A stretch of 64,000 nucleotides of DNA from Candidatus Omnitrophota bacterium (GCA_017992455.1 JAGOOP010000001.1:123723-187722), one strand, 5' to 3'; counted from the stretch's first letter, positions 1 through 11,300 are shown. Numbers and translations are program-made. Notes: generated by a model not told the origin, from the letters alone.

Positions 1-465
1 GGTGAGCCCGATGAGCAATACATACGGAAAGATCATCCTGTTGAGCGTGATCGTCGCGGCTAATTTCGCCGGATCGGCGGCAAAACCGGGCGCGATAAGC
101 CGGACAATAACCGGGGACAGGATCATCCCCAGGACCGTGATCGCTGACAAAAGGACGAGCAGCAGGTTCATGATCACATTGGCCAGGTCCCAGAACTCCT
201 TCGCGCGCTCTTTGGCAAGATATTCGCTGAAAACAGGCACAAATGCGGCGTTTGCCGCGCCTTCTCCGGCCAGGTCACGGAACAGGTTCGGGATCTTGAA
301 CGCGATGACGAACGCCTGAGCGTACAGATACACGCCGAAAAGCTGGGCAATGACGATATCGCGGACAAAACCCAGGATGCGCGACGCGAGGGTCGCCAGT
401 GCGATCACGCCGGCGGAACGGGCGATCCCGCGATCGGTATCTTTTGAGCTTTTATTTATTGACAT
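1..465 (-). CDS. murJ: Lipid II flippase MurJ/MviN, N-terminal part (the rest of the gene lies beyond the window start)
   Basis: My own minus-strand translation from the ATG at 465-463 gives MSINKSSKDTDRGIARSAGVIALATLASRILGFVRDIVIAQLFG...FKIPNLFRDLAGEGAANAAFVPVFSEY, a canonical MurJ N-terminus. It is absent from the ORF track because the frame runs off the window edge. Confidence 0.85.
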   Translation of the reverse strand, partial: MSINKSSKDTDRGIARSAGVIALATLASRILGFVRDIVIAQLFGVYLYAQAFVIAFKIPNLFRDLAGEGAANAAFVPVFSEYLAKERAKEFWDLANVIMNLLLVLLSAITVLGMILSPVIVRLIAPGFAADPAKLAATITLNRMIFPYVLLIGLT

Positions 466-531
466 ATGTTTGAAATTATGTTATTCTTTAAAACCTGACA
501 CTAAACCTTATTTTTACGAAGGAGTTACCGT

Positions 532-795
532 ATGGCTAATCGTCGTGCTGCCGTAAAGCGGATGCGCGTTGATGCGAAAAGACATTCCCGCAACCAGAAA
601 ATACGGCGCGAGCTCAAAAAAAGCATAAAACAGTACCTGGGCTTGCTGACCGTTAAGAATGCCGCTGAAGCAAAAACGTTATTTACGAAAGTAACGTCTC
701 TGCTCGATAAGGCCGCCAAAAAGCGCGTCATTCATCCGAACACGGCTAACCGCAACAAATCACGCCTCGCGAAACGCCTGCTTAAAGCCGCATAA
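532..795 (+). CDS. rpsT: 30S ribosomal protein S20
   Basis: 87-aa basic protein MANRRAAVKRMRVDAKRHSRNQ...LDKAAKKRVIHPNTANRNKSRLAKRL, with a GAAGGAG Shine-Dalgarno about 8 nt upstream. Confidence 0.95.
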   Translation: MANRRAAVKRMRVDAKRHSRNQKIRRELKKSIKQYLGLLTVKNAAEAKTLFTKVTSLLDKAAKKRVIHPNTANRNKSRLAKRLLKAA

Positions 796-1431
796 ACTCA
801 CGACCAGCCGCTCAAGGGCAAAGGAAGGTTTCAGGCCGCTCGTTTTGATCAACAGATCGCATTCCAGAAGCGATCTGTTGAGCCGGCGCATTAAGCCGAC
901 ATTCGTCTGATTCCTTGTCAGCCCTGCACGCAATGCGCCCAGGATCATCTCCGGCTTCTGGCCTTTCTTAAGCAGTTGATGCAACAGCTTGAGGCTGTGT
1001 GCCGTCCTGCCCGCGCGGATCTCGTCCACAAGGCCGAACGCCGACGAATACGCATCCTGTCTGAACTGCCTGACCGCCGCGCACGCAGCCATGGCTGCGC
1101 AAAACCTGTCTTTCCGGTCGAATTCGGCCATATCAATGACCAGTATCACGCCGGGGTCCGGCGAGCGCGCGTATTTTTCCAGATATTCCTTGCAGTCTTT
1201 TTTAAGCGCGCCTGCCTGTTTGATCACGACGATCCTGCGGCCTGACGAAGCGGCATGATACAACAATCGCTCCTGCAGTCCCTTGAGGTTTATATCCCTG
1301 GCGTAGAGGATGTCCAGATCGAATTGAGCGGTATCTGCGGAAAGGTACTGAGCTTTGATCTCGCTGAGTACTTTGTCTTTGGCGGGCGCATCCTGGCCGG
1401 TGACCAGATATATACTGTCTCTCTTCACCAT
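760..1431 (-). CDS. holA: DNA polymerase III delta subunit (short form)
   Basis: ORF 760..1581. The likely start is MVKRDSIYLVTGQD at 1431, which overlaps the lptE stop by 7 nt. The layout is HolA-like (LVTGQD...RRIVVIKQAG...YLEKYARSPDPGVILVI) and the lptE-holA gene order is conserved. Confidence 0.7.
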   Translation of the reverse strand: MVKRDSIYLVTGQDAPAKDKVLSEIKAQYLSADTAQFDLDILYARDINLKGLQERLLYHAASSGRRIVVIKQAGALKKDCKEYLEKYARSPDPGVILVIDMAEFDRKDRFCAAMAACAAVRQFRQDAYSSAFGLVDEIRAGRTAHSLKLLHQLLKKGQKPEMILGALRAGLTRNQTNVGLMRRLNRSLLECDLLIKTSGLKPSFALERLVVSLCGFKQAFREA

Positions 1432-1973
1432 TCTTCGACGACGCGGGCGACGATCCTGCGGGCAAGGTCGTCCAGAGCGGCCCTGATCGCCGCATCTTCC
1501 GACCTCTGCGCGGGGAAATACGAGGTGTCGCCGGTGAAACCTTTTTCTTCCCAGAGAAGCTTGTTCTCTTTCCTGTCCCACAGGCTGATATTGACGACGA
1601 GGTTGATCCGGTATTCATCCACTTCGTCGTTCTCCCGGTACCGGAGCGCATCGCGCCTGAATTCGACAAGCTCGCCCTTTAATTCGAGATCGGCCCTGTC
1701 CATATCGGCAGGCCGGACATTGCCGTCGAAAAGGAATTTATTCGTCAGGGTCTTGGTGATATCGGTTTCGAGCCCCGGCCGGTAAAGCTTATACTTGTTC
1801 CCGGCATCGGCTTCCCGCGTGATGTCGATCGAGCTGAAAAAAGGCGGGATATATACCGTGCGGTATTTGCCGGCGAGCATCGAGCGCGTGGTATATCCGC
1901 AGCCGGCTGCGACGAACAAACACACCGGAAGGACCAACTGCAATAAACGCTTTTTCCTGTCCATGATCATCAA
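1425..1973 (-). CDS. lptE: LPS-assembly lipoprotein LptE-like
   Basis: It has a signal peptide with lipobox VAAGC, is about 180 aa, and sits between bamD-like and holA genes. The overall sequence pattern is LptE-like. Confidence 0.65.
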   Translation of the reverse strand: MMIMDRKKRLLQLVLPVCLFVAAGCGYTTRSMLAGKYRTVYIPPFFSSIDITREADAGNKYKLYRPGLETDITKTLTNKFLFDGNVRPADMDRADLELKGELVEFRRDALRYRENDEVDEYRINLVVNISLWDRKENKLLWEEKGFTGDTSYFPAQRSEDAAIRAALDDLARRIVARVVEEW

Positions 1974-2914
1974 TGCCCCCGTTTTCCCATGATCGCAAGC
2001 CGTTCGGCGGCTTTTGCAGCCGACACGGAATCAGGGTAATTGTCCATGATGTCCCGGTAATAACTGCGCGCGGCGGCCCAGGCTTTCTGCTTCTCATAGA
2101 ACAAGCCGGCGCTGTACAGGCTCTGCGCTTCTTTTGCGTTCAGGGCCCTGATATGCTTTTCAGCCTCCGGCGTCAGGATGGCATCGGGATGCTGGACCAC
2201 GAACTCCTCGAATTTCTGTTTTGCCTCGCGGGTCGCGCCCTGGTCATAGGCAGGCGACCGCGATACGCTCGCCCGCGTCAACGCCAGCTGGAACTTCGCG
2301 GGCTCGACCCATTCGCTGTCAGGATACACCGTGACCACTTTACTGAATGCTTCCTCTGCCTCATAATAACGCTCGATGCTCTTGAACACGAGACCCAGCT
2401 TATACTGGGCTTTCGGCGCAAGCGGCCCGTATGTGGAATTCTCGATGACCTTGGTGAATATCTCGATCGCCGGATTATCAACCGGCAGAACGACGCCGAA
2501 CGCCTTGCGCCTGGTCCCGGACATGAATTCTTCGCCGATCTTGAACTCGCGCTCAATGATCTCTCCGATCCGTTCGGAAAACGGGTATTTCTCCACGACC
2601 TTCTGGTAGGACAGGAACGCCTCGTACAGATTGCCCTGCGTTTCATCGATCAGGCCGAGATAATACTGTGATTCTGCCGCTTCGACCGCCTTGGGATAGT
2701 TGCGGATAAGCTTTTTGAACTCTTTTTTCGCTTCTTCGTAGCTCTTGCTTCCGAAAAGTTCCACGGCGAATGCGAGCTGGTCTTTAGGTGTGGACTTCAC
2801 TTCAGTCTTGGGATTGATGAACTTGCCGGTCTTTGGGGTCCATATCCAATATGCATGGCATGGACTGCCTGCCAGCACGAACAAAACGGCCAATGCGATC
2901 ATGAATGTTTTCAT
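1970..2914 (-). CDS. bamD: Outer membrane protein assembly factor BamD-like TPR protein
   Basis: It has a signal peptide followed by TPR-like repeats (ELFGSKSYEEAKKEFKKLIRNYPKAVEAAESQYYLGL...YKLGLVF...). Its size and layout match BamD/YfiO. Confidence 0.7.
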   Translation of the reverse strand: MKTFMIALAVLFVLAGSPCHAYWIWTPKTGKFINPKTEVKSTPKDQLAFAVELFGSKSYEEAKKEFKKLIRNYPKAVEAAESQYYLGLIDETQGNLYEAFLSYQKVVEKYPFSERIGEIIEREFKIGEEFMSGTRRKAFGVVLPVDNPAIEIFTKVIENSTYGPLAPKAQYKLGLVFKSIERYYEAEEAFSKVVTVYPDSEWVEPAKFQLALTRASVSRSPAYDQGATREAKQKFEEFVVQHPDAILTPEAEKHIRALNAKEAQSLYSAGLFYEKQKAWAAARSYYRDIMDNYPDSVSAAKAAERLAIMGKRGH

Positions 2915-2957
2915 AGTATATCTACTCTAACATGGCCATATGGTTTTGTCAAATGTA

Positions 2958-4397
2958 TTAAGGAAACCGCCAGTAGGCCCAGGGGATCCTGATCAGAAGG
3001 CTGTTAAGACGGAGCAGAGAAAGGATAAGGAATTCGCTCATAGAAGCGAAACTATATGCAATATAAGGACATAGAAAGCTTGATACGATAAGGCCCGCAC
3101 CGCATAGAGTGATCAGCGATGCGATCACCGGTATGAATATATTAGCGAGCACGGTAACAGGAGCGATGATCCTGAAATAATACGCTATGAATCCCGCTGT
3201 GCCGAGCCACGCGGACAGGGAAACAACGCTCAATTGAGCGGTCCAGCGCAGCGGCCTGAAAGGGATCCTGCTTGTCTTGAGCAGGCCGGCAACAACAGGC
3301 GATAATAAGCCGACCGCTGCGACAGCGGCAAACGACAATTGAAAACTCGCATTGAACAGCTGCCGCGGGTCGAACGCCAGGATGCTGAACGCTGAAAGGC
3401 TCAATGCCTGCGATATGGACGGATCCCTGCGCACATACCAGCTTAAGAATAAAAAAATACCCATGATCGTTGCCCTGACCACCGGAGGCGACGCTCCGGT
3501 CATTAAACAATAGAGGATAAGAACCGGGACGATAATGATCAGCCGCGCATAACGGGGAATGCGCATGATCTTCAAAACGAGGGCGCAGGCGCCGGCAATA
3601 ACGCCGACATTGAACCCGCTGACCACGAGAATATGCACGGTCCCCGACCTGATCATGTCATTATAGATGACGCGGGGAACCCCGGCCTTGTCTCCCAGGA
3701 GCATCGCGTTCATGATCCCGGCTGCCGGCGGCGGCATATACCGATCAACAATATCCTGGGCGCGTTGTTTTACGCGCAGGCATACCGCGACCATTCCGGG
3801 CCGGTTGTCAGGGGCAAGAATGCGTATTCGATGCACTGATCTGACCTTTAATACGGCATATATCCCCCGGTCCCTCAGCCGGTCCCGTATGCTCGTGCGG
3901 CCGGATGAGCGGAAACGCGACGGCAAACCCAGCATTCCCGTTGCTTCAACGCACGTACCGTGTTCGAGGAAAACCGCTCCATCCGTAACAACGCGAATGA
4001 CGCCGCTGCAACCGTATGAATACGAATTGATGATCACGCGGTCGGTTTTCAAATCGAATACGGTGCGAGAACCTGCCGTTCCGGTTTCTCCTCCAACACG
4101 ACCGCGGACAACGCACGGACCGCCCATTGCCTTAAACACAAGATGCCTGATATGATCTGCCGGGCATGTATTCGCATTGACCATGCATGCGGCGCCGCAG
4201 AAAAAAAGCGCGCATGACAAAAAAAAGCGGCTGAAAAATACTGCAGGCGCTTTCTCTGTCATCCGCATCGCGATCGCGCTCATTACGCAGCACGCTGCAG
4301 CGATACACCAGGCATAATAAAAAGGAACAGGGAACTGCCGGGCGCATACGATGCCCAGGCTGAAATACAGCGCGATCCAGGCGAACGGATTTTTCAT
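2958..4397 (-). CDS. comEC: ComEC/Rec2 family DNA internalisation channel (no C-terminal metallo-beta-lactamase domain)
   Basis: 479-aa polytopic membrane protein with a DUF4131-like N-terminus and a competence domain (LLGDKAGVPRVIYNDMIRSGTVHILVVSGFNVG). It lies directly downstream of comEA. Confidence 0.8.
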   Translation of the reverse strand: MKNPFAWIALYFSLGIVCARQFPVPFYYAWCIAAACCVMSAIAMRMTEKAPAVFFSRFFLSCALFFCGAACMVNANTCPADHIRHLVFKAMGGPCVVRGRVGGETGTAGSRTVFDLKTDRVIINSYSYGCSGVIRVVTDGAVFLEHGTCVEATGMLGLPSRFRSSGRTSIRDRLRDRGIYAVLKVRSVHRIRILAPDNRPGMVAVCLRVKQRAQDIVDRYMPPPAAGIMNAMLLGDKAGVPRVIYNDMIRSGTVHILVVSGFNVGVIAGACALVLKIMRIPRYARLIIIVPVLILYCLMTGASPPVVRATIMGIFLFLSWYVRRDPSISQALSLSAFSILAFDPRQLFNASFQLSFAAVAAVGLLSPVVAGLLKTSRIPFRPLRWTAQLSVVSLSAWLGTAGFIAYYFRIIAPVTVLANIFIPVIASLITLCGAGLIVSSFLCPYIAYSFASMSEFLILSLLRLNSLLIRIPWAYWRFP

Positions 4398-4401
4398 ATC
4401 G

Positions 4402-4731
4402 TCATTCCACGCACACCGCCTCTTTCAGGCGCTCGAATCTGGATCCGTTCAAGCCCTTGACCCTGCGCAGGGCGTCGATATCCGCGAACGGGCCGTTGAC
4501 CGAGCGATAGTCGATAATGCGCCGCGCAAGCGTATTGCCGATACCGGGCAGTTCCTTGAGCAATTCCGTATCGGCGGTATTGATATTGACCTTGCCGTAT
4601 GATCGGTCAAAACAGAAAACAGGCCGCAATACGGCCGACTGTTTTCTCGCGTAACCGATGGCAGCGCCTGAAAGGATGACCAGGGCAAGGAACACGGCAG
4701 CGCGGCTTTCCTGTTTGGTGAACGGGATCAT
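4402..4731 (-). CDS. comEA: ComEA helix-hairpin-helix DNA-binding competence protein
   Basis: It has an N-terminal TM segment followed by VNINTADTELLKELPGIGNTLARRIIDYRSVNGPFADIDALRRVKGLNGSRFERLK. Confidence 0.85.
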   Translation of the reverse strand: MIPFTKQESRAAVFLALVILSGAAIGYARKQSAVLRPVFCFDRSYGKVNINTADTELLKELPGIGNTLARRIIDYRSVNGPFADIDALRRVKGLNGSRFERLKEAVCVE

Positions 4732-4780
4732 GGTGAGCCTCCGTATAAATAGACGCTCACCGGCCCGTTATCTCACCGGA

Positions 4781-4966
4781 TTATTTCAATACGATAAGGC
4801 AGAAAAGAAGAATTGCGGCGAGGTTGACGACAACGATGAACAGGGCAGGAGTCCCGACGGGATCGACCACGGCGCGCAGATGGCTGTTGCAGAACATGCA
4901 GGTATCGAGGATCGTCCGGTATCGCGCGCGGCAGTGCGGACAGAACTTCGTTTCATGATCGCCCAT
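4781..4966 (-). CDS. Small zinc-ribbon membrane protein
   Basis: CPHC...CMFC zinc ribbon followed by one hydrophobic helix. It is a paralog in architecture of the neighbouring 5040..5249 gene. Confidence 0.55.
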   Translation of the reverse strand: MGDHETKFCPHCRARYRTILDTCMFCNSHLRAVVDPVGTPALFIVVVNLAAILLFCLIVLK

Positions 4967-5008
4967 AAAAAAACCACCATCCTTAATGTGTTCTATTAAG
5001 AACCGTGG
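4967..5008 (-). terminator. Hairpin plus U-tract between the two zinc-ribbon genes
   Basis: On the minus strand, CCACGGUUCUU...AAGGAUGGUGG forms the stem and is followed by UUUUUUU, which runs directly into the AUG at 4966. The 3' arm contains the only Shine-Dalgarno-like GGUGG. Confidence 0.55.
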
Positions 5009-5039
5009 CTTTTCTTAATAATCCGGGATCGCTTATTGC

Positions 5040-5249
5040 TTAATTTTGGCCGAACGCGCGCATGGCTGCGTTCGCGCCGAGGAAAACAAAAAGGGTAACG
5101 GTAAAACCGACCAGCGTCGCGATAAGGTCTTTGCGGCCGAGGACCTCGCCTGCCGGCCGTAACGCAGAACCGCATTTCGTGCAGGTCTTATAGATCGCCG
5201 TATGGTACGTGTCGCATTTCGGGCACAACTGCGTGTATCGCTCTGCCAT
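5040..5249 (-). CDS. Small zinc-ribbon membrane protein
   Basis: Start MAERYTQLCPKC at 5249 with a GAGGGAG Shine-Dalgarno. It has a CPKC...CTKC ribbon followed by one TM helix. Confidence 0.6.
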   Translation of the reverse strand: MAERYTQLCPKCDTYHTAIYKTCTKCGSALRPAGEVLGRKDLIATLVGFTVTLFVFLGANAAMRAFGQN

Positions 5250-5358
5250 GCTCCCTCTTTCTGTTTTCCGCGGACATACCTTCAATCTAAATATACCCCA
5301 GGGACGGCTGTTATCAAGGGCATTTTAGCCTGTTTTTGAAAGCGATTTCACCTCTCAA

Positions 5359-8300
5359 TTATCCTATGCAGACAAGAATATCTGTCAACTCAGTCCGCGT
5401 CGCAAGCCCCTGCTCCTCTTCCAAGCGCAGGATATTCAGGATACAGCGGGCCGTTTTCTCCAGATGTTCCCCTGCATCAGGCCGGCAAACGCAGACAGCA
5501 ACATATTCCTTCATCCTGGCGTAGGGCATTTCTTTTGCGCGCATCTGCGCCTCGATGGCTTTCCACTCTGCGTCCAAGTCCTGTATTTTTGAATTTCTTG
5601 CCAGCTGTTGCATTTCCAGCATCGCCTGCGGCATCATCACGGGCGCCTGCTGCGGCTGACCGCCGCCGTGCAGCGCCCGGAAATCAATGCCGGCGAGGTC
5701 CTGCTGCTGCGCGTCTATATCCCGGACCTCTCCGCCGTCCAGCTGCACCTTGGGCCGCTGTGTGTCGTTATGAGACGCTTGATTTTTTTCGATCGCATCT
5801 ATTATTTTCGGCACTTGCGGCATGATCTTTTCGTCATATGGTTTCAGCTTATCCAATCCCTTGAGCTGGCGTATTGCATCCTTACCTAATGCCGCGATTA
5901 AAACTTTTATATTTCCTTTAAAATATGCTTCGAAGACAACATCTTCCCCCACTGCTTCAATCACTCTGCAAGCCAAAAATAACGCCGGGGCATAGGAATT
6001 CTTGACGCCGAGGACTTTGCGCTCTAATTCCTGTGCCTGTAGATCCAGGGGATAGTTTGTGTCCGCGGCATCGATCAAGAAGTCTTTTAAACTCGACGTC
6101 GCTATTTTCCAGGCGGCATATTCAGTGACCCCTTCGTCAAGGATCTTGCCAATGCTTCTTAAACCGCGGGAGTTGTGGTGCAAACCTTCATGAAGCAGTA
6201 GCATTGTCAGCAGCGGGCCATCCAATTCAGAAGGAATAACATAGGTTTGGTGGAAGGGAAAGTATCCCGCAGAGTAGACGCCCACATATTTTTCAACGAT
6301 ATGGCCCGGGACAAATTTCACGTCATATGGCACAGGCGGATTCACATGTATTGCATTAAGAAAATCCGTCAACAAGACGTCATTTTCCTCCATCCGCCTT
6401 TGCTGAGACACCGAGGACTCTACGGAATGCCGTATCAGAATTATTTCTTTCTTTATGCTTTTGTTCATGTGCTTCTGTACCATCCTCCAGATAACCTCTT
6501 CGGTGGTCCCGATGTTGAATTTCCTGAGGACCTGCCGGAAATAGCGCTCAAGAACTTCTTCGGTCAGTTGCAATTTGGGATCCTTCCATGTTTCTTTGGA
6601 CGCATCAAATATCTTCCTGATTTTTTCCCGGATATCGTCTGCTTGTTGATCGAACCGAGCGGTCTCATTACTCTTGTCGTCGTCCCGCTGCGCCGCGGGC
6701 CGCTCCGTGCCGCCGTCGCGCTGCACCAGGCATTCCCGCGGCAGCCAGATCGTGACCGTCGTTCCCCCGGCATCTTCATGTTCCACGGAGGAGAACTCCG
6801 CATCCGGCACTCCTGCTTCACGCCATAGAGAGGCCAGCAATCCCGGGCTGCCGGTCTGACTGTCTCCGCGGCAGATGATATTGACATCTATACCGCTCCC
6901 TCCGAAATAGAGATCAAAACCGCGTTCCCTCATTAATTCTTTCCGTCGCGTATCGGCGGCGTACGTTCCCGCGCCATTATCTTTGATCCGTATCTGCAAG
7001 CTCTCCTTCTCATTATGCATAACCCAACCGGCACTCAACTTAAGGATCCCTGTTACGGGAGGCTGTTGTGCGGCGTGCCCGATTTCCTCCATATATTCTC
7101 TGTCATGGAATGTGGCTACGGCGTCATAACTGTTCCGCACAAGCCGAAGGATGAGATTCTGTAAAGATCGCTCGAAAATAGTCATTTCTTTGCCGTTCAC
7201 ATCCAGGAAGTCGCCGATAAACGGCTTTTTAAACTCGAGATCAGCCAGAATGGTATTCTTAACAAGGGAATCAAAGCGCCACGTTACAAATTCACTCTTC
7301 TGTTTGATCATTGAATCCTTATCCATGGGTTCTGAGTGCGAAAGAAACCCAATCGTACGGTCAACGATCTTTACGATCTGCTCCTCTGCACCCCGGTCAG
7401 CTAGCGGTGTATGCTCCGACCCAGTGCCGCCGTCGCGCTGCACCAGGCATTCCCGCGGCAGCCAGACGGTCACCGTCGCTCCCCATCCGTCATCGCCGTA
7501 CGTCAGGCTGTAAAACTGCTCTGTCGCATCTTCATTATCCTGATTCTTGGGTATGGTGACTCCCGCCAAACCCCACAGATATGCCAGGAGCCCTTGAGCG
7601 CCGGTCGCGCTGTCGCCCTTGCTGATCATCCGGGTATCCAGCCCGGCGCCGCCGAAATAGAGATTACTTCCTTCAACGAACGATTTGTGCCTGGTATCGG
7701 CAGCGAACAAGCCTGCGCCGTTATCCGCGATCGTGATCCTGAGGCTTTCTTTCCCGGTCTGCGGATGTGTTGCCCAGTGTGCGGCGAATGTCAATCTGAC
7801 CTTTTCCGGTATCGGCCTATCAGCACATCCGATCTTCCCCATATACTCGCGATCGTGGAATGTCGCAACAGCGTCATATCCGTTGACTGCAAGTTTGCGT
7901 ATAAGCGTCTTGAGCGTTGTCTCGGTTATCGTTGCCATATTTCCCTCGAATCCGTTCCCGTTTCCGAAAAATTCCCGGAACCTGATCGTAAACGGTTCCT
8001 TGTATTTCAGGCCGAAGAGGATGGTGTCTTCCATGACTGAATCGACCAGGGCGAGGAACTTATTGTTTTCTTCGATTGCCCGCTGACCGTTCATTCTCGC
8101 TTCAACAGGAGGCACCGCAAACTCGATGGTTTTTTCGACGATCTTTGCTTCACGGGAAAGAATACGCATCCGATCGGCGATATCCTCTTGGCCGAACGCT
8201 CTGCGCGCGAACCATACGAGCCGGGACTTCACCGCACGCATTCTGGTAAGAAGAGCCGCGGGTCCTAAAAAGAGACCGAATAACGCGCCTCGCGTCGTCA

Positions 8301-11300
8301 ACTCATACGTCCGCTGGACTTCGGCTGGAAAGATATCCGTGCTGTTGGAGTCGGGCGCCGAATCCTCACGCGCCTCGTTGATCTTCTCAATCAGATATTT
8401 ATGCTCATCCGGGTCAAGCCGGTCAATGCGGTCTGAAAAATACGGGTCGATCACCTTGCCGCTGATGTTCCCTACCTTTTGCTCCCTCATCCTCACGCGT
8501 TTCTCTTCATCGCCCGGATTGAGCATATACCACAAAGCCCAGCGGAGCACCCCGAACGGCCCTGCGTCATTATACGCGTGGATCTCATTGACCGCATGGC
8601 TGCTTTCATGCGCCACAATACGGACCCTCAGATCGGTCGAGTAAGAATCGAATGAATCTTTTAATATGTAAATATCGGCGCCTTTGACCAGCACGTGCGG
8701 AAATCCGATGCGCGGAAGCGCCATGCCTTCTGCCCAGGGATTCGGCAGGGGAAGTTCGTCGACGAGCGTGATCGAGACATTGCCTGACATGGCGGTCCGG
8801 GCCAGATCAGGCTCGATCAGATACAACCAGATGACCGCATGCGCCACATCGGGTTCTTTCTCCCACCGCTCCAGGGCGTGTTCTCTGAAAAGCACGTAAT
8901 CCTCATACGCGCGGAACGCCTCTTCGCTCTCATAGATCCTGCCGTCTGCGGCCTGATAAACCGAGTCATATCCGGCCTGCCCAAGAAAACTCTGCAGATC
9001 AAGGATCTGGTACATATCCGTTCTCTTCTCTTTGGTCCACTGCTCGTTCGGCTCATTGTGCAGCAGATCCATGGACACGATGGTATGCGCATCGGGAATC
9101 TGGGCCTCGAACGCTTCGTAATCCTGCTGGAACGCAACGCCGTACTTTTCTTTGTAAGCGCCCAGCTCTTTTTCAAGCACGGTCCTGAGCGCCCGCGTTT
9201 TCTGGATATCTTTGATCGCGCCGCTGTCCTGAGGCGCATGCATTGCGCCGGCAGTTTTGTAAACTTTGATCGAATTGAACGCACCCTGGGCCAGATAACT
9301 GCTCCAGTGGAATGCCTCCCTTTCAGTATAGGTATCAGGGAACAGGGCCTGCGGATCATTGCCGGCCTGAATATAACGGTCTATCGCGCCCGCCTCCTCT
9401 TTCTCAAATAAAAACTCTTTGAAGCGAGACGCGGCAGGAATTATCGGCCCGAGTTCTTCCTCGGCCTGCCGCAGATCAGCCTGCAGCCGCGCATGCCGCT
9501 CGCGCAGTTCATTCCACTCCTCGGGACGAGTTTCTTTTTCTCCCCGCTGGATCATGCCAACCATGGAAACCTGCGCGCTGAAGCTTTGATCCGTCAGGTC
9601 GCGGTGTTTCAAGAGTTCCTTGTCAATATCGCGCGTATCTTTATGCGTATTCCTGTATTCCCTGACCAGATCGTTCACTTCGTCTCTCAAAGCTTCCAGG
9701 TCCTGCAGTTCGTCATGATCGGCAGGAACCCCGCTCAAGACATCGACCTGATCGCCCACAAACCCTATCTGATATCCCATTCTGCCTTTATCGTTGAGAT
9801 ATTCCGCAATGGCTTTGGGATCCCTGCCTGTGATATCAAGGATCTCTATGATATGCCCGTCGCGGGCGCCGTAAAGCGTATATTCATTCAAATACCTGCT
9901 CAGATTCTGTACCGCGTTGCCGTTGACGACCAACAGAAGCGGAACATCATGAGTTTTTACATACGAGGCGTTTTGCTGCTCAAGATACAGGTCTGGAAGC
10001 GGATTGACAACGAGCGATATGCTGACCGGATGCGAGGTATTATCGGTTAACCCCTCCGGCTCAGATAAAAAGAACGACGTGTAATCGGTTGAATAGGGGA
10101 TTTTTTCAATATGATTAAAAGTCGTCAGGTGCAGCGGCTGCATATCCGGGCCGAGAGGATCGGATGTGTGATCATCGGCCATGCCGCTTACATACGCGTG
10201 AACGAATCCTCCTATAAAAAACGACGGAACGACAAAGAAAGCAAAAACCGCCAGCGTCTTAAAACGCCGGGAGAGCATGCCCTGCGGCTGCGGCGTGTTA
10301 GCGCTGACCATGCCTTCCTGTATTTTCCAGTTCCGGAGATCATCGCGAAGCAAAAGCAGGTCCCCGTACGTCCACGCGCGCAGATCGCCGGCCATCAGAT
10401 CCTTGAACCGCCTGAGCTTCCTTTGCGACGGGATGCCGTAGTGCGCCAGCATCAGGGGGATGATCTGCTCGATCAGCGCGTGCTTTTTGCCGCGGATATC
10501 GTCTGCCAGAGCCCGAAGGCCGTTGGCAGGGATCTCTTCTGGCAAAGAATCGATGCCCCGCGCGTCAAAATATTCCTGCACGAGCTCCCGCTGCTGCCGG
10601 ACCGCTTCTGCATGGTCGCCCGTGCCGCCGTCCCGCTGCACCGCGTCTTCATGCTGCGGGCTGAGCAAGTCGGCTTTTGTTTCTTCGAGGTCTGTCAGTA
10701 AACGGCCGCGGGGATTTCGCAAATCCTGATGCTTCATATAATCACGATTATAGAAACCTCCGGCTCTGCCGGATCCCTGCTCCCGGTTCATAATTAATTG
10801 CAGTCGATCATATGTCGCTTCCTGTATCGGCGCGGTCAATATGGTGCCATCTGCCTGCATGATAACCAGCCGACGGCCAACAATCAGATAATGCTTGGAC
10901 AAGAGCTGTTCCAGGCTATCCTGAACTGACATTCCCAGCCGGATCTTGATTTCCTTATTTGCCTGTGCCAGGCTTTCAGCTATCGCATTGCTCTGTAAAG
11001 CAGAGAATTCCTTGGCCTCCGCTGGCCTGAACCATACTATCCTTGTCTCCGGATCATTTTTGTCGCGAAATCCCGTTGCATATACGGTGGCCAGTATCTT
11101 GGACCGGATGTTCTTTTCCGGCGGGGCGCTGAAAAGGCGCACGCTCTTGCTGCCCGGAGGCAGTATCAGTTCACCGATGATATCCTCTTCGCCGCCGTCG
11201 CGCCGAGATTGACTGCCGTCTGCCTGAGAGAACTGAAATCCTGCCTCTTCCGCTATCTCGAGTAATTTAGCCCTGCCGCGCGCCAGCCAGCCGGCAATCT

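Noticed and set aside
760-1581. Long N-terminal extensions given by the ORF track: holA to 1581, flavodoxin-like gene to 13312, TPR-SGNH paralog 1 to 44472, EF-G-like gene to 60719, and PG-binding lipoprotein to 17554.
   Set aside because: The extensions overlap upstream genes or promoters and translate to Arg-rich or non-conserved sequence. Internal ATGs with Shine-Dalgarno sequences or stop/start coupling give N-termini that match the family or a signal peptide (1431, 13246, 44367, 60671, 17479).
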